A stretch of DNA of 64,000 nucleotides from an uncultured Eubacteriales bacterium (GTDB taxonomy: Bacteria > Bacillota > Clostridia > Lachnospirales > Vallitaleaceae). The DNA lies in contig CAZLXW010000008.1 of assembly GCA_964563505.1 (NCBI GenBank), positions 14,935 through 78,934 of the forward strand, given 5' to 3'. The notes under the pieces were generated by a model that was not told where the DNA came from, did not search any database, and was given only the letters and a program-made list of their open reading frames with translations. This document shows positions 56,469 through 64,000 of the stretch, one piece after another. How positions within the stretch are numbered: position 1 is the stretch's first letter; each line of letters opens with the position of its first letter. The translations under genes and the position numbers were made by a program.

Positions 56469-57426
56469 CGTCGGTTATCGAAAACAAAAAAAAGTAGCAA
56501 AAGAAAAAATACAGGCTTATTGTTATGGCGTTTGGAAACTCATTGGAATTATAGTTATTGTTCTTACACTCTTCAATGTGGTATTCTCAATATATTGGAA
56601 AGATAAGACAAGACTCTATTATTTGGATGTAGGGCAAGGTGATGCCTGTGTTATCACCCATAATCAACAGACATTTCTTGTCGATGGAGGTGGAAATCGT
56701 TATATGGATGATGCAAATAATATTGGAAGGCGTGTCGTTTATCCGTTTTTATTGGATAAAAAAATTGATAACATTGATGTTGCCTTTATTAGCCATATGC
56801 ATTATGATCATGTTAAAGGAATATTAGAACTTTTAGAGTATGTAAACATCGAAAAAGTGGCAATAAGTCATGTTTACAAAACAATTATTGAGGATCAAGA
56901 CCGCCTTCAAGAATCCCCCTTAATTGAAGAACTTATCAATGGATGCTATGAAAATGGAAGTGAACTTCTTTTTTTGGAAGCAGGCGATATTATTGTGGGA
57001 GAAAACATTCGAGTTGAATGTCATTATCCTTATGCAAAGACACCGTATCAAGAGAATGAAAATAACAATTCAATGATTTTAGAATTAGTGACCCATCAAA
57101 GAAGAATTCTGTTTACAGGAGATATTGAGGAGGATGTGGAGAGATTGATTGTCAATGAGGGTTTAAATAATACAAGTATTGATCTTCTTAAAGTAGCACA
57201 CCATGGCTCCAAAACATCATCGTCAAGGATGTTTTTAGAAATGTTAAAACCATCGGTAGGAATTATCAGTGTGGGAAAAAATAATCATGGACATCCAAGT
57301 CAAGAGGTCCTAAAACGATATGAAGAATTTAAAATACCCGTGTATCTTACGAAAGATTATGGTATGATAGAAGTGATTATTGACAAAAAAGAATTAAAAA
57401 TAAAGACATATCTAATAAAGGATTAA
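56461..57426 (+). CDS. comEC: ComEC/Rec2 C-terminal part (TM helix + metallo-beta-lactamase domain) as a separate ORF
   Basis: YYLDVGQGDACVI, ISHMHYDHVKG and KVAHHGSKTSS are the ComEC-type MBL motifs. The ATG overlaps the upstream stop (ATGATTAA), with AGGGAGG upstream. Confidence 0.8.
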   Translation: MINVGYRKQKKVAKEKIQAYCYGVWKLIGIIVIVLTLFNVVFSIYWKDKTRLYYLDVGQGDACVITHNQQTFLVDGGGNRYMDDANNIGRRVVYPFLLDKKIDNIDVAFISHMHYDHVKGILELLEYVNIEKVAISHVYKTIIEDQDRLQESPLIEELINGCYENGSELLFLEAGDIIVGENIRVECHYPYAKTPYQENENNNSMILELVTHQRRILFTGDIEEDVERLIVNEGLNNTSIDLLKVAHHGSKTSSSRMFLEMLKPSVGIISVGKNNHGHPSQEVLKRYEEFKIPVYLTKDYGMIEVIIDKKELKIKTYLIKD

Positions 57427-57429
57427 TTT

Positions 57430-58434
57430 ATGAAACAATTAAAAGAAGCTATAAAGAATAATACCTTTAAGCCGGTCTATCTATTTACCGGTGAAGAAGA
57501 TTATCTTATCCAGTTATATGTAAAGCGCATCCGCGAAAAAGTTTTTGAAGGGCAGGATGCGATGATGAACCTTGATCAGTATACGGTAGATCAAAAAGAT
57601 TTTGAACCAGTTATAGGAAGCCTTGAGACATTACCGTTTTTTGCGGAAAAGCGATTGGTTATTTTATGGAATATGGACTTGTTTAACACGAAGAATAAAG
57701 AAAAATCAAACCAGCTTACTGAAAAGCTTGATCAACTAGGCGATACGACAGTATGTTTGATTATTGAAGAAAAAATTGATAAGCGAAGTAAACTATATAA
57801 AAAAATTAATGCGCTTGGGGCAGTTTATGAATTTAAGCATTTAGATGAAAAAGCCTTGATTAGCTACATCGGACGACGTTTGTCTGGTGGAAATCTAAAA
57901 ATCAGTACAGCCGATGCAAAATTTCTTGTTGATATGGTTGGATATGAATTGAATATTTTAGAACAAGAACTCTCCAAGATTATTGATTATTGTCAAGGTC
58001 AAGACATCGTCAGCAAAAGCAATATTGAACAAATAGCGACAAAACATATTGAAGCAAAAATATTTGAGCTTGTGGATGCAATTGGGACGAAAAAACGCGA
58101 AAAAGCACTTCAACTCTATCAGGACATGATATATTTGAAAGAACCAACAACACGTATTTTATTCATGATTTCCAGGCAAATGATGCTAATCTATCAGATT
58201 AAGTTAATGCTCTTTGCAAAAAAAGGACAACAACAAATGGCCTCTGAACTAAAGGTTCCGCCTTTTGTTGTCAATAAATTAATCGGACAAAGTAAACAGT
58301 TTGACATGAAAACGCTACGCCAAATTTTAGTTAAATTACTTGATTTGGAATATCAATACAAACAAGGGAAAATGGATTTGACAATGGGAATAGAAGTGTT
58401 TATACTTGAGCAAAACAAAAAAGCCACAGAATAA
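57430..58434 (+). CDS. holA: DNA polymerase III delta subunit
   Basis: 334 aa. PVYLFTGEEDYL N-terminus. Conserved position after comEC and before rpsT, as in Bacillus. Confidence 0.85.
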   Translation: MKQLKEAIKNNTFKPVYLFTGEEDYLIQLYVKRIREKVFEGQDAMMNLDQYTVDQKDFEPVIGSLETLPFFAEKRLVILWNMDLFNTKNKEKSNQLTEKLDQLGDTTVCLIIEEKIDKRSKLYKKINALGAVYEFKHLDEKALISYIGRRLSGGNLKISTADAKFLVDMVGYELNILEQELSKIIDYCQGQDIVSKSNIEQIATKHIEAKIFELVDAIGTKKREKALQLYQDMIYLKEPTTRILFMISRQMMLIYQIKLMLFAKKGQQQMASELKVPPFVVNKLIGQSKQFDMKTLRQILVKLLDLEYQYKQGKMDLTMGIEVFILEQNKKATE

Positions 58435-58443
58435 TCTGTGGCT
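58422..58443. terminator. Hairpin between holA (+) and rpsT (-), overlapping the holA stop
   Basis: AGCCACAGA-ataa-TCTGTGGCT, with an A-run upstream. The T-run on the + side is weak. Confidence 0.55.
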
Positions 58444-58456
58444 AAAGTTTATGTAT

Positions 58457-58720
58457 TTATTCCATTGAATTAACAGCTTTAGTTAAGTTAGAAATCTTTC
58501 TTGATGCTGTGTTCTTGTGGAAAATTCCTTTTGATGTAGCGCTAGAAATAGCTTTGATTGCTTCAGTAAGTGCTGATTTAGCAACTTCTTTATCACCATT
58601 CGCTACAGCTGTGTCTACTTTTTTGATAATTGTCTTCACACGTGATTTAATGCTTTTGTTATGCGCTGTTTTTGTTGCGATAACTTTGATTCTTTTTTTA
58701 GCAGATTTAATATTAGCCAT
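58457..58720 (-). CDS. rpsT: 30S ribosomal protein S20
   Basis: MANIKSAKKRIKV...HKN.ASR.KS. 87 aa. Confidence 0.97.
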   Translation of the reverse strand: MANIKSAKKRIKVIATKTAHNKSIKSRVKTIIKKVDTAVANGDKEVAKSALTEAIKAISSATSKGIFHKNTASRKISNLTKAVNSME

Positions 58721-58958
58721 GATTTCACCTCCATAATAAATTTCTTATATTATTGTACAAATAGAGGGTGAGTACAATAAGATAAACGCAAGACTCTAGT
58801 GGGGTAGAACTTACGATATAATCACATTTACATACCTACATATTCTAATTGAAAAATGAAAAGAAGTCAACAGATAATTGAAAAAAGATTGAAATTGAAA
58901 GAAATTCGGTTCTGTGTTAATATGGTAGTATGAGTATAATAGATTAAGGAGACGATCC

Positions 58959-59762
58959 ATGGAAACCTATATGTGGCGAGAAATATTAATTCCTTATGAG
59001 CAGGCGGTTAATGAACTTGTAATAAAGTTTGAGAGTATTGTTAATGAAAGCCGCCGATTAGGAACGTATTCACCTATTGAATTTGTAACAGGTCGGGTAA
59101 AAAAAATATCAAGTATATTAGAAAAAGCTAAGAAAAAACAAATTAGTATGTCCTATATTGAAGAAGAAATTGAAGATATAGCCGGTATAAGAATCATATG
59201 TCAGTTTGTTGAAGATATCGATCGTGTTGTTGAGTTAATTCATAATCGCAATGATATGAAAGTGAAGTATGAAAAAGACTATGTACAAAATACTAAAAAG
59301 AGCGGATACCGTAGTTACCATATCATCGTATATTATAATGTACATACTGCTTTAGGAGAAAAACGAATTCAAGCAGAAATCCAAATTCGAACACTAGCCA
59401 TGAACTTTTGGGCGACGATTGAACATTCATTACAATATAAATATGGACATAATATTCCAGTTGCCATTCAAAACCGTTTAATTCGTTCAGCAGAGGCAGC
59501 CCATATGCTTGATCAGGAAATGTCGAAAATTCGTGACGAGATTATGGACGCTCAAAATTCTTTTCAATATAAATCGAATATTATTGCGGATATATTAAAC
59601 AATCTTCAAAATATCAAGAAAAAAGGCGATGATCTCCATGAGGTTGACCAATTGCAAGATGAATTTTACCGATTATGGGAAGAGGGCAATCTCGAAAAAT
59701 TAGTTGCATTTAACAAACATTTAGATAATATAGCGGAAGTATATCGAGTACAAAGTCTGTAA
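58959..59762 (+). CDS. Small alarmone synthetase (RelQ/RelP-type GTP pyrophosphokinase)
   Basis: Single RelA_SpoT synthetase domain: GRVKKISSILEK, DIAGIRIICQF, SGYRSYH, EIQIRTLAMNFWATIEH. Confidence 0.88.
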   Translation: METYMWREILIPYEQAVNELVIKFESIVNESRRLGTYSPIEFVTGRVKKISSILEKAKKKQISMSYIEEEIEDIAGIRIICQFVEDIDRVVELIHNRNDMKVKYEKDYVQNTKKSGYRSYHIIVYYNVHTALGEKRIQAEIQIRTLAMNFWATIEHSLQYKYGHNIPVAIQNRLIRSAEAAHMLDQEMSKIRDEIMDAQNSFQYKSNIIADILNNLQNIKKKGDDLHEVDQLQDEFYRLWEEGNLEKLVAFNKHLDNIAEVYRVQSL

Positions 59763-59763
59763 A

Positions 59764-59790
59764 GCCAATGGAGGTCCCATTGGTTTTATA
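59764..59790 (+). terminator. Rho-independent terminator after the alarmone synthetase gene
   Basis: GCCAATGG-aggtc-CCATTGGT, then TTTTATATTT. Confidence 0.7.
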
Positions 59791-59811
59791 TTTGGAATAA
59801 GAGGAAAGAAT

Positions 59812-60543
59812 ATGAAATCAAAAAACACAAAAATGCGTATAGATAAGTTTCTCAGTAATCAAGGGATTGGTAGCAGAAAAGACGTGAGAAGGTTAATACA
59901 AAAAGGATTTATAACGGTCAACGGGAATCAGATTCGTCAAATTGATATGAAGATAGATGCGATAGATGACGATATACATTATGACGGACAAAAAGTGCAT
60001 TTCCATTCAGTCGTATATTTAATGCTCAATAAACCCAAAAATTGTATTACTGCGACAGAGGATTCGCGGCATAGGGTTGTAATGGACTTTATTGAGCATC
60101 CCCTTAAAGATAAGTTGTTTCCGGTTGGGCGACTTGACATCGATACCACCGGATTATTGATACTTACCAATGACGGGCAATTAGCACATGACCTTTTATC
60201 CCCCAAAAAGCATGTGGATAAGACATACCATGCAACGTTAGATGAGCCAATAAATGATATAATTATAGAAGCTTTCAATACGGGAGTTCAACTTGATGAT
60301 GGTTATGTGACAAAACCCGCCAAGTTGATAAAAATGGCATCAATAGAAGATGCGTATAATGTAGAAGTTACAATTCAAGAAGGAAAATTTCATCAAATCA
60401 AACGCATGTTTAGTGCCTATGGCATTCATGTACTTGAGCTAAAACGAGTTAAGATGGGGACCTTGCAACTTGACCAAGGTCTAGGTGAAGGAGAATTTCG
60501 AGAGCTGACACGTGAAGAATATTTGGATTTAAGCAAAAAATAG
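59812..60543 (+). CDS. rsuA: rRNA pseudouridine synthase (RsuA/RluB family, S4 domain)
   Basis: S4 domain (MRIDKFLSNQGIGSRKDV) and the catalytic motif GRLDIDTTGLLILTNDG. Confidence 0.88.
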   Translation: MKSKNTKMRIDKFLSNQGIGSRKDVRRLIQKGFITVNGNQIRQIDMKIDAIDDDIHYDGQKVHFHSVVYLMLNKPKNCITATEDSRHRVVMDFIEHPLKDKLFPVGRLDIDTTGLLILTNDGQLAHDLLSPKKHVDKTYHATLDEPINDIIIEAFNTGVQLDDGYVTKPAKLIKMASIEDAYNVEVTIQEGKFHQIKRMFSAYGIHVLELKRVKMGTLQLDQGLGEGEFRELTREEYLDLSKK

Positions 60544-60556
60544 AACGAGGTGAAAC

Positions 60557-61225
60557 ATGTTTGACAAAATAAAAGCGGTTATATTTGATATGGATGGTAC
60601 ACTCATTGACTCAATGTGGTTGTGGAAAACCATTGATATTGAATACTTAGCAAAACATAATCATGAGCTACCCTTGGATTTACAAGATGCCATTGAAGGA
60701 AAGAGCTTTTCAGAAACAGCGGCATACTTTAAAGAACGGTTTATGATTGAAGATGATGTGGATACAATAAAAAACGAATGGAATACAATGGCGTCTCAGT
60801 ATTACTTGCACAAAGTTCCCTTAAAAGCATTTGTCATGGATTTCATATTACATTTACGACAGCAGAATATAAAATTAGGCATCGGAACGAGTAATTCAAA
60901 AGAACTAGCGCAGATGATCATAGAAAAATTTGAATTGGAATCACATTTTGATTCAATACGTACATCATGTGAAGTGAACAAAGGAAAACCAAGCCCTGAT
61001 ATCTTTTTAAAAGTGGCTCAAGATCTTGGTGTAGACCCATCAGAATGTATGGTTTTTGAGGATATACCGAATGGATTAGTTGCTGCCCGAAGAGCCGGAA
61101 TGCGTGTTGTAGCCATCGATGATGACTTTAGTAAGGCCTTAATCGAAGAAAAACGCGAATTGTCTGATTTTTTCATTCATACATATGAAGAAGCAATTCA
61201 AGTTTTATTGAAAGGAATAAAATAA
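60557..61225 (+). CDS. HAD-IA family hydrolase (phosphatase / beta-phosphoglucomutase-like)
   Basis: DMDGTLIDS (motif I), GTSN (motif II context), KGKPSPD and FEDIPNG (motifs III and IV). Confidence 0.85.
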   Translation: MFDKIKAVIFDMDGTLIDSMWLWKTIDIEYLAKHNHELPLDLQDAIEGKSFSETAAYFKERFMIEDDVDTIKNEWNTMASQYYLHKVPLKAFVMDFILHLRQQNIKLGIGTSNSKELAQMIIEKFELESHFDSIRTSCEVNKGKPSPDIFLKVAQDLGVDPSECMVFEDIPNGLVAARRAGMRVVAIDDDFSKALIEEKRELSDFFIHTYEEAIQVLLKGIK

Positions 61226-63115
61226 ATGAGTCAGTTTTTACCGACAACCCTTGAAGAGGGAAAAGAAAAAGGCATCGATGTATTTGATTTTGTATTAGTG
61301 AGCGGAGATGCCTATGTGGATCATCCTTCATTTGGAGTTGCAATTATTTCAAGATTATTAGAAGCGAATGGCTATACCGTAGGAATTATTCCCCAACCGG
61401 ATTGGAAAGACCCTAATTCCGTTACTGTTTTAGGGACCCCTCGACTTGCATTTTTAGTTACAGGTGGAAATATAGACTCTATGGTTAATCACTATTCGGT
61501 TGCTAAGCGGCGCCGGGACCATGATGCCTATACACCAGGCGGAAAAATCGGACATCGTCCGGATCGGGCCACAATTGTTTATGGTAATCTTATTCGACAA
61601 ACCTATAAAGAAACACCCATTATTTTAGGTGGTATTGAAGCAAGTCTTCGAAGATTAGCTCATTATGATTACTGGGATGATAAAATCCGCCGTTCAATTT
61701 TGCTTGATTCGGCGGCGGATATTCTTGTTTATGGAATGGGTGAAAAAGCGATATTAGAAATTGCATCATCATTAGACAATGGAATACCGGTTAGCGAAAT
61801 CGGCTATGTTAAAGGAACGGCATACCGTAAAAAGTCTTTAGAAGATGTTACTGACTATATAGAACTCCCAGATTATCGAAGTCTCCTTCGGGACAAGAAG
61901 AAGTATGCGGATAGTTTTCTGGTTCAAACGAAAGAGGGAAATTTTGCCTCAGGGAAAACATTGGTTGAAAGTTATGATGAAAGCATACATGTTGTTGTTA
62001 ATCCACCAATGCCTCCTGTTTCTGAATCAGAATTTGATTATTATTATAGTCTTCCTTATACACGTCAAGTACATCCCATGTATACAGAAAAAGTTCCTGC
62101 TATTGAAGAGGTTCAATTTAGTGTCATTAGTAACCGAGGGTGTTTTGGAAACTGTAATTTTTGTGCACTGACCTTTCACCAAGGACGGACAATACAAGCA
62201 AGATCACATGCATCGATTTTGAAAGAAGCAGAAGAAATTTCATGGGATGAAAATTTTAAAGGATATATACATGATGTAGGTGGACCGACGGCCAACTTTA
62301 GAATTCCGTCTTGCCAAAAACAATTAGAGCATGGTCCGTGTAAAGACAAAAATTGTTTGGGGTCGGATCCATGTAAACAGTTGAATGTTGATCACTCTGA
62401 TTATCTGACATTATTAAAAAGAATGCGTGAGCTTCCAAAAATCAAAAAAGTATTTGTACGTTCAGGTATTCGTTTTGACTATTTAATGTATGACAAAGAT
62501 GACACTTTTTTTAAAGAACTCGTTCAACATCACATTAGCGGTCAATTAAAAGTCGCTCCGGAACATGTTTCAAATCGCGTTTTAGATTACATGGGAAAAC
62601 CACATCACCACGTTTATAAGGACTTTACAGAGAAGTATCATCGTTTTAATAAAAATTATGGGATGAAGCAATTCATTGTACCCTACTTAATGTCATCACA
62701 TCCGGGATCGACAATCGATGATGCCATTACTCTAGCTGAGTTTTTAAGGGATGAAAACATTATGCCACAGCAGGTGCAAGATTTTTATCCGACACCAAGC
62801 ACAATGTCAAGCGTGATGTATTATACGGAGATGGACCCACGAACAGGGAAAAGTGTTTATGTGGCTAAAAACCCACATGAAAAAGCAATGCAAAGAGCCT
62901 TGATTCAATACCGTAACCCAAAAAATTATCGTTTAGTTCAAGAAGCATTAATCATAGCCGGTCGAGAAGATTTGATTGGTTCAGAAAAGCAATGTTTGAT
63001 TTTTTCTAAAGGTGGTTATAAGGGGAAAGCAAATGCAAATCAACACACTGCAAAGCCGACGAAAAAAAGGGGCAAGAAAAAGACGATTCGTAATGTTCAT
63101 AAGAAGAAAAAGTAG
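61226..63115 (+). CDS. ygiQ: YgiQ-family radical SAM protein (UPF0313)
   Basis: CFGNCNFC (CxxxCxxC) cluster, the conserved N-terminal SGDAYVDHPSFG, and a Lys-rich C-terminal tail. Confidence 0.88.
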   Translation: MSQFLPTTLEEGKEKGIDVFDFVLVSGDAYVDHPSFGVAIISRLLEANGYTVGIIPQPDWKDPNSVTVLGTPRLAFLVTGGNIDSMVNHYSVAKRRRDHDAYTPGGKIGHRPDRATIVYGNLIRQTYKETPIILGGIEASLRRLAHYDYWDDKIRRSILLDSAADILVYGMGEKAILEIASSLDNGIPVSEIGYVKGTAYRKKSLEDVTDYIELPDYRSLLRDKKKYADSFLVQTKEGNFASGKTLVESYDESIHVVVNPPMPPVSESEFDYYYSLPYTRQVHPMYTEKVPAIEEVQFSVISNRGCFGNCNFCALTFHQGRTIQARSHASILKEAEEISWDENFKGYIHDVGGPTANFRIPSCQKQLEHGPCKDKNCLGSDPCKQLNVDHSDYLTLLKRMRELPKIKKVFVRSGIRFDYLMYDKDDTFFKELVQHHISGQLKVAPEHVSNRVLDYMGKPHHHVYKDFTEKYHRFNKNYGMKQFIVPYLMSSHPGSTIDDAITLAEFLRDENIMPQQVQDFYPTPSTMSSVMYYTEMDPRTGKSVYVAKNPHEKAMQRALIQYRNPKNYRLVQEALIIAGREDLIGSEKQCLIFSKGGYKGKANANQHTAKPTKKRGKKKTIRNVHKKKK

Positions 63116-63120
63116 GCGTG

Positions 63121-63149
63121 TTGACGAAAGTTGACGCCTCATGTATAAT
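63121..63149 (+). promoter_or_regulatory. Sigma-A-type promoter of yicC
   Basis: TTGACG-17 nt-TATAAT, 37 nt upstream of ATG 63186. Confidence 0.6.
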
Positions 63150-63185
63150 ACTAAAGAAACATAAGCATAAGAAAAGAGGAAAACT

Positions 63186-64000
63186 ATGATTAGAAGTATG
63201 ACAGGTTTTGGACGGGGTGAAGCTGTCAGAAACAACCGAACAATAACCATTGAAATGAAAAGTGTTAATCATCGTTATTGTGATATTAATATACGGATGC
63301 CCAAAGTCCTTTTTTATATTGAAAATAAGTTGAAAAACATCATAAAACAGGAAATTAATCGTGGTAAAATCGATGTTTTTATTAATTATGAGGACCGAAG
63401 TGACAAAGCAAATAGTATCGTATATAATAGCAATTTGTCACAACAATATATGGAACGATTTCAGGAAATCAGCCAGGAATTTCATATAGAAAATGACATA
63501 AAAGTTTCCCATTTGACAAGATATCCGGAAGTCTTAGTTCTTGAAGATCAAGATCAAGATGATGAAGAGTTACTTGAAAGTTTGGCAGTAGAATCTTTAA
63601 GAATGGCCTTGATTAATGTTAAAGAGACTCGTTCAAAAGAAGGACAGATGTTAAAAACTGATTTAAAAATTAAGTTAGAGGATATGTTAGGATATGTTAA
63701 TGAATTAAAAGCGATTACGCCAAAAGTCATTGATGAATATCGAATTAAGTTAACAGAGCGTATATCTGAACTAACAGACCAAACACCGGTAGATCCTGAG
63801 CGAATTGCTATGGAAGTTGCTTTGTATGCGGATAAGAGTTGCATTGATGAAGAAATTGTTCGATTAGAGAGTCATATTATTCACATGCGAGATACATTAG
63901 ATGCCGAAGAAGCCATTGGACGTAAGCTTGATTTTATTTCACAAGAAATGAATCGTGAGGCAAATACCGTCTTAAGTAAAGCAAACAATATTGAAGTATC
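63186..64000 (+). CDS. yicC: YicC/YloC-family protein (3' end cut by window edge)
   Basis: MIRSMTGFGRGE...EMKSVNHRY...DEEIVRLESHI...GRKLDFISQEMNREANT. The frame stays open to the window end. It is not in the ORF track because no stop is reached. Confidence 0.88.
   Translation, partial: MIRSMTGFGRGEAVRNNRTITIEMKSVNHRYCDINIRMPKVLFYIENKLKNIIKQEINRGKIDVFINYEDRSDKANSIVYNSNLSQQYMERFQEISQEFHIENDIKVSHLTRYPEVLVLEDQDQDDEELLESLAVESLRMALINVKETRSKEGQMLKTDLKIKLEDMLGYVNELKAITPKVIDEYRIKLTERISELTDQTPVDPERIAMEVALYADKSCIDEEIVRLESHIIHMRDTLDAEEAIGRKLDFISQEMNREANTVLSKANNIEV

Noticed and set aside
1-64000. A window-wide look for mobile elements, CRISPR arrays, toxin-antitoxin or defence islands, tRNA or rRNA genes, and long tandem repeats.
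   Set aside because: I recognised no transposase, integrase, recombinase or Cas-like ORFs, no repeat-spacer periodicity, no cloverleaf-like GC-rich 75-nt blocks, and no abrupt multi-kb compositional shift. The only compositional anomaly is the 145-nt island at 37093-37237.

Overview
Low-GC, Firmicutes-type chromosomal segment. It has AGGAGG-type ribosome-binding sites, TTGACA/TATAAT promoters, U-tract hairpin terminators and anaerobe-style gene content. My guess is a Clostridia- or Erysipelotrichia-like bacterium, at low confidence. I call about 55 tightly packed protein genes, 46 of them on the + strand. I saw no rRNA, tRNA, CRISPR array, transposase, integrase, phage or recognisable defence genes, so this reads as core chromosome rather than an accessory island.

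Gene order:
- Partial Fe-S MinD-type ATPase plus a NifX-like protein.
- YkuI-like EAL protein (- strand).
- YesN/YesM-type two-component system next to a YtfQRT-YjfF-like sugar ABC transporter.
- DMT, AEC and MFS transporters.
- Class-I PLP aminotransferase.
- FabV/TER enoyl reductase.
- A ferredoxin-reductase-like flavoprotein behind a Fur box.
- eda-kdgK plus a GntR/FadR regulator.
- clpB behind a CIRCE element, plus an ArsC/Spx-family gene.
- LiaF-like and rhomboid-like membrane proteins.
- XRE regulator (- strand) and an MscS channel.
- serC-serA-DUF1015 operon.
- hflK-hflC, then glgB.
- argH-argG (- strand) and cls (- strand).
- argJ-argB-argD-carA-carB.
- NfnAB-like pair.
- dgkA and nadE (- strand).
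- comEA, an OmpR-type two-component system, a GerMN lipoprotein and a split comEC.
- holA, rpsT (- strand), a small alarmone synthetase, rsuA, a HAD hydrolase, ygiQ and partial yicC.

I did not find a convincing new multi-gene system. The observations most worth a second look are:
1. A roughly 145-nt GC-rich multi-hairpin island (37093-37237) with no coding potential, between cls and the argG promoter.
2. DUF1015 embedded in the serine-biosynthesis operon.
3. comEC split into two translationally coupled ORFs, in a comE locus interrupted by a two-component system and a GerMN lipoprotein.
4. A perfect Fur box inside an RBS-occluding palindrome.
5. CIRCE control of clpB.
6. Near-identical promoter/ARG-box modules in front of argG and argJ.
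7. A YkuI-like EAL protein with substituted catalytic positions.
8. Two genes whose RBS geometry points to non-ATG/GTG/TTG starts.

All functional calls come from motif recognition by eye. No searches were run.
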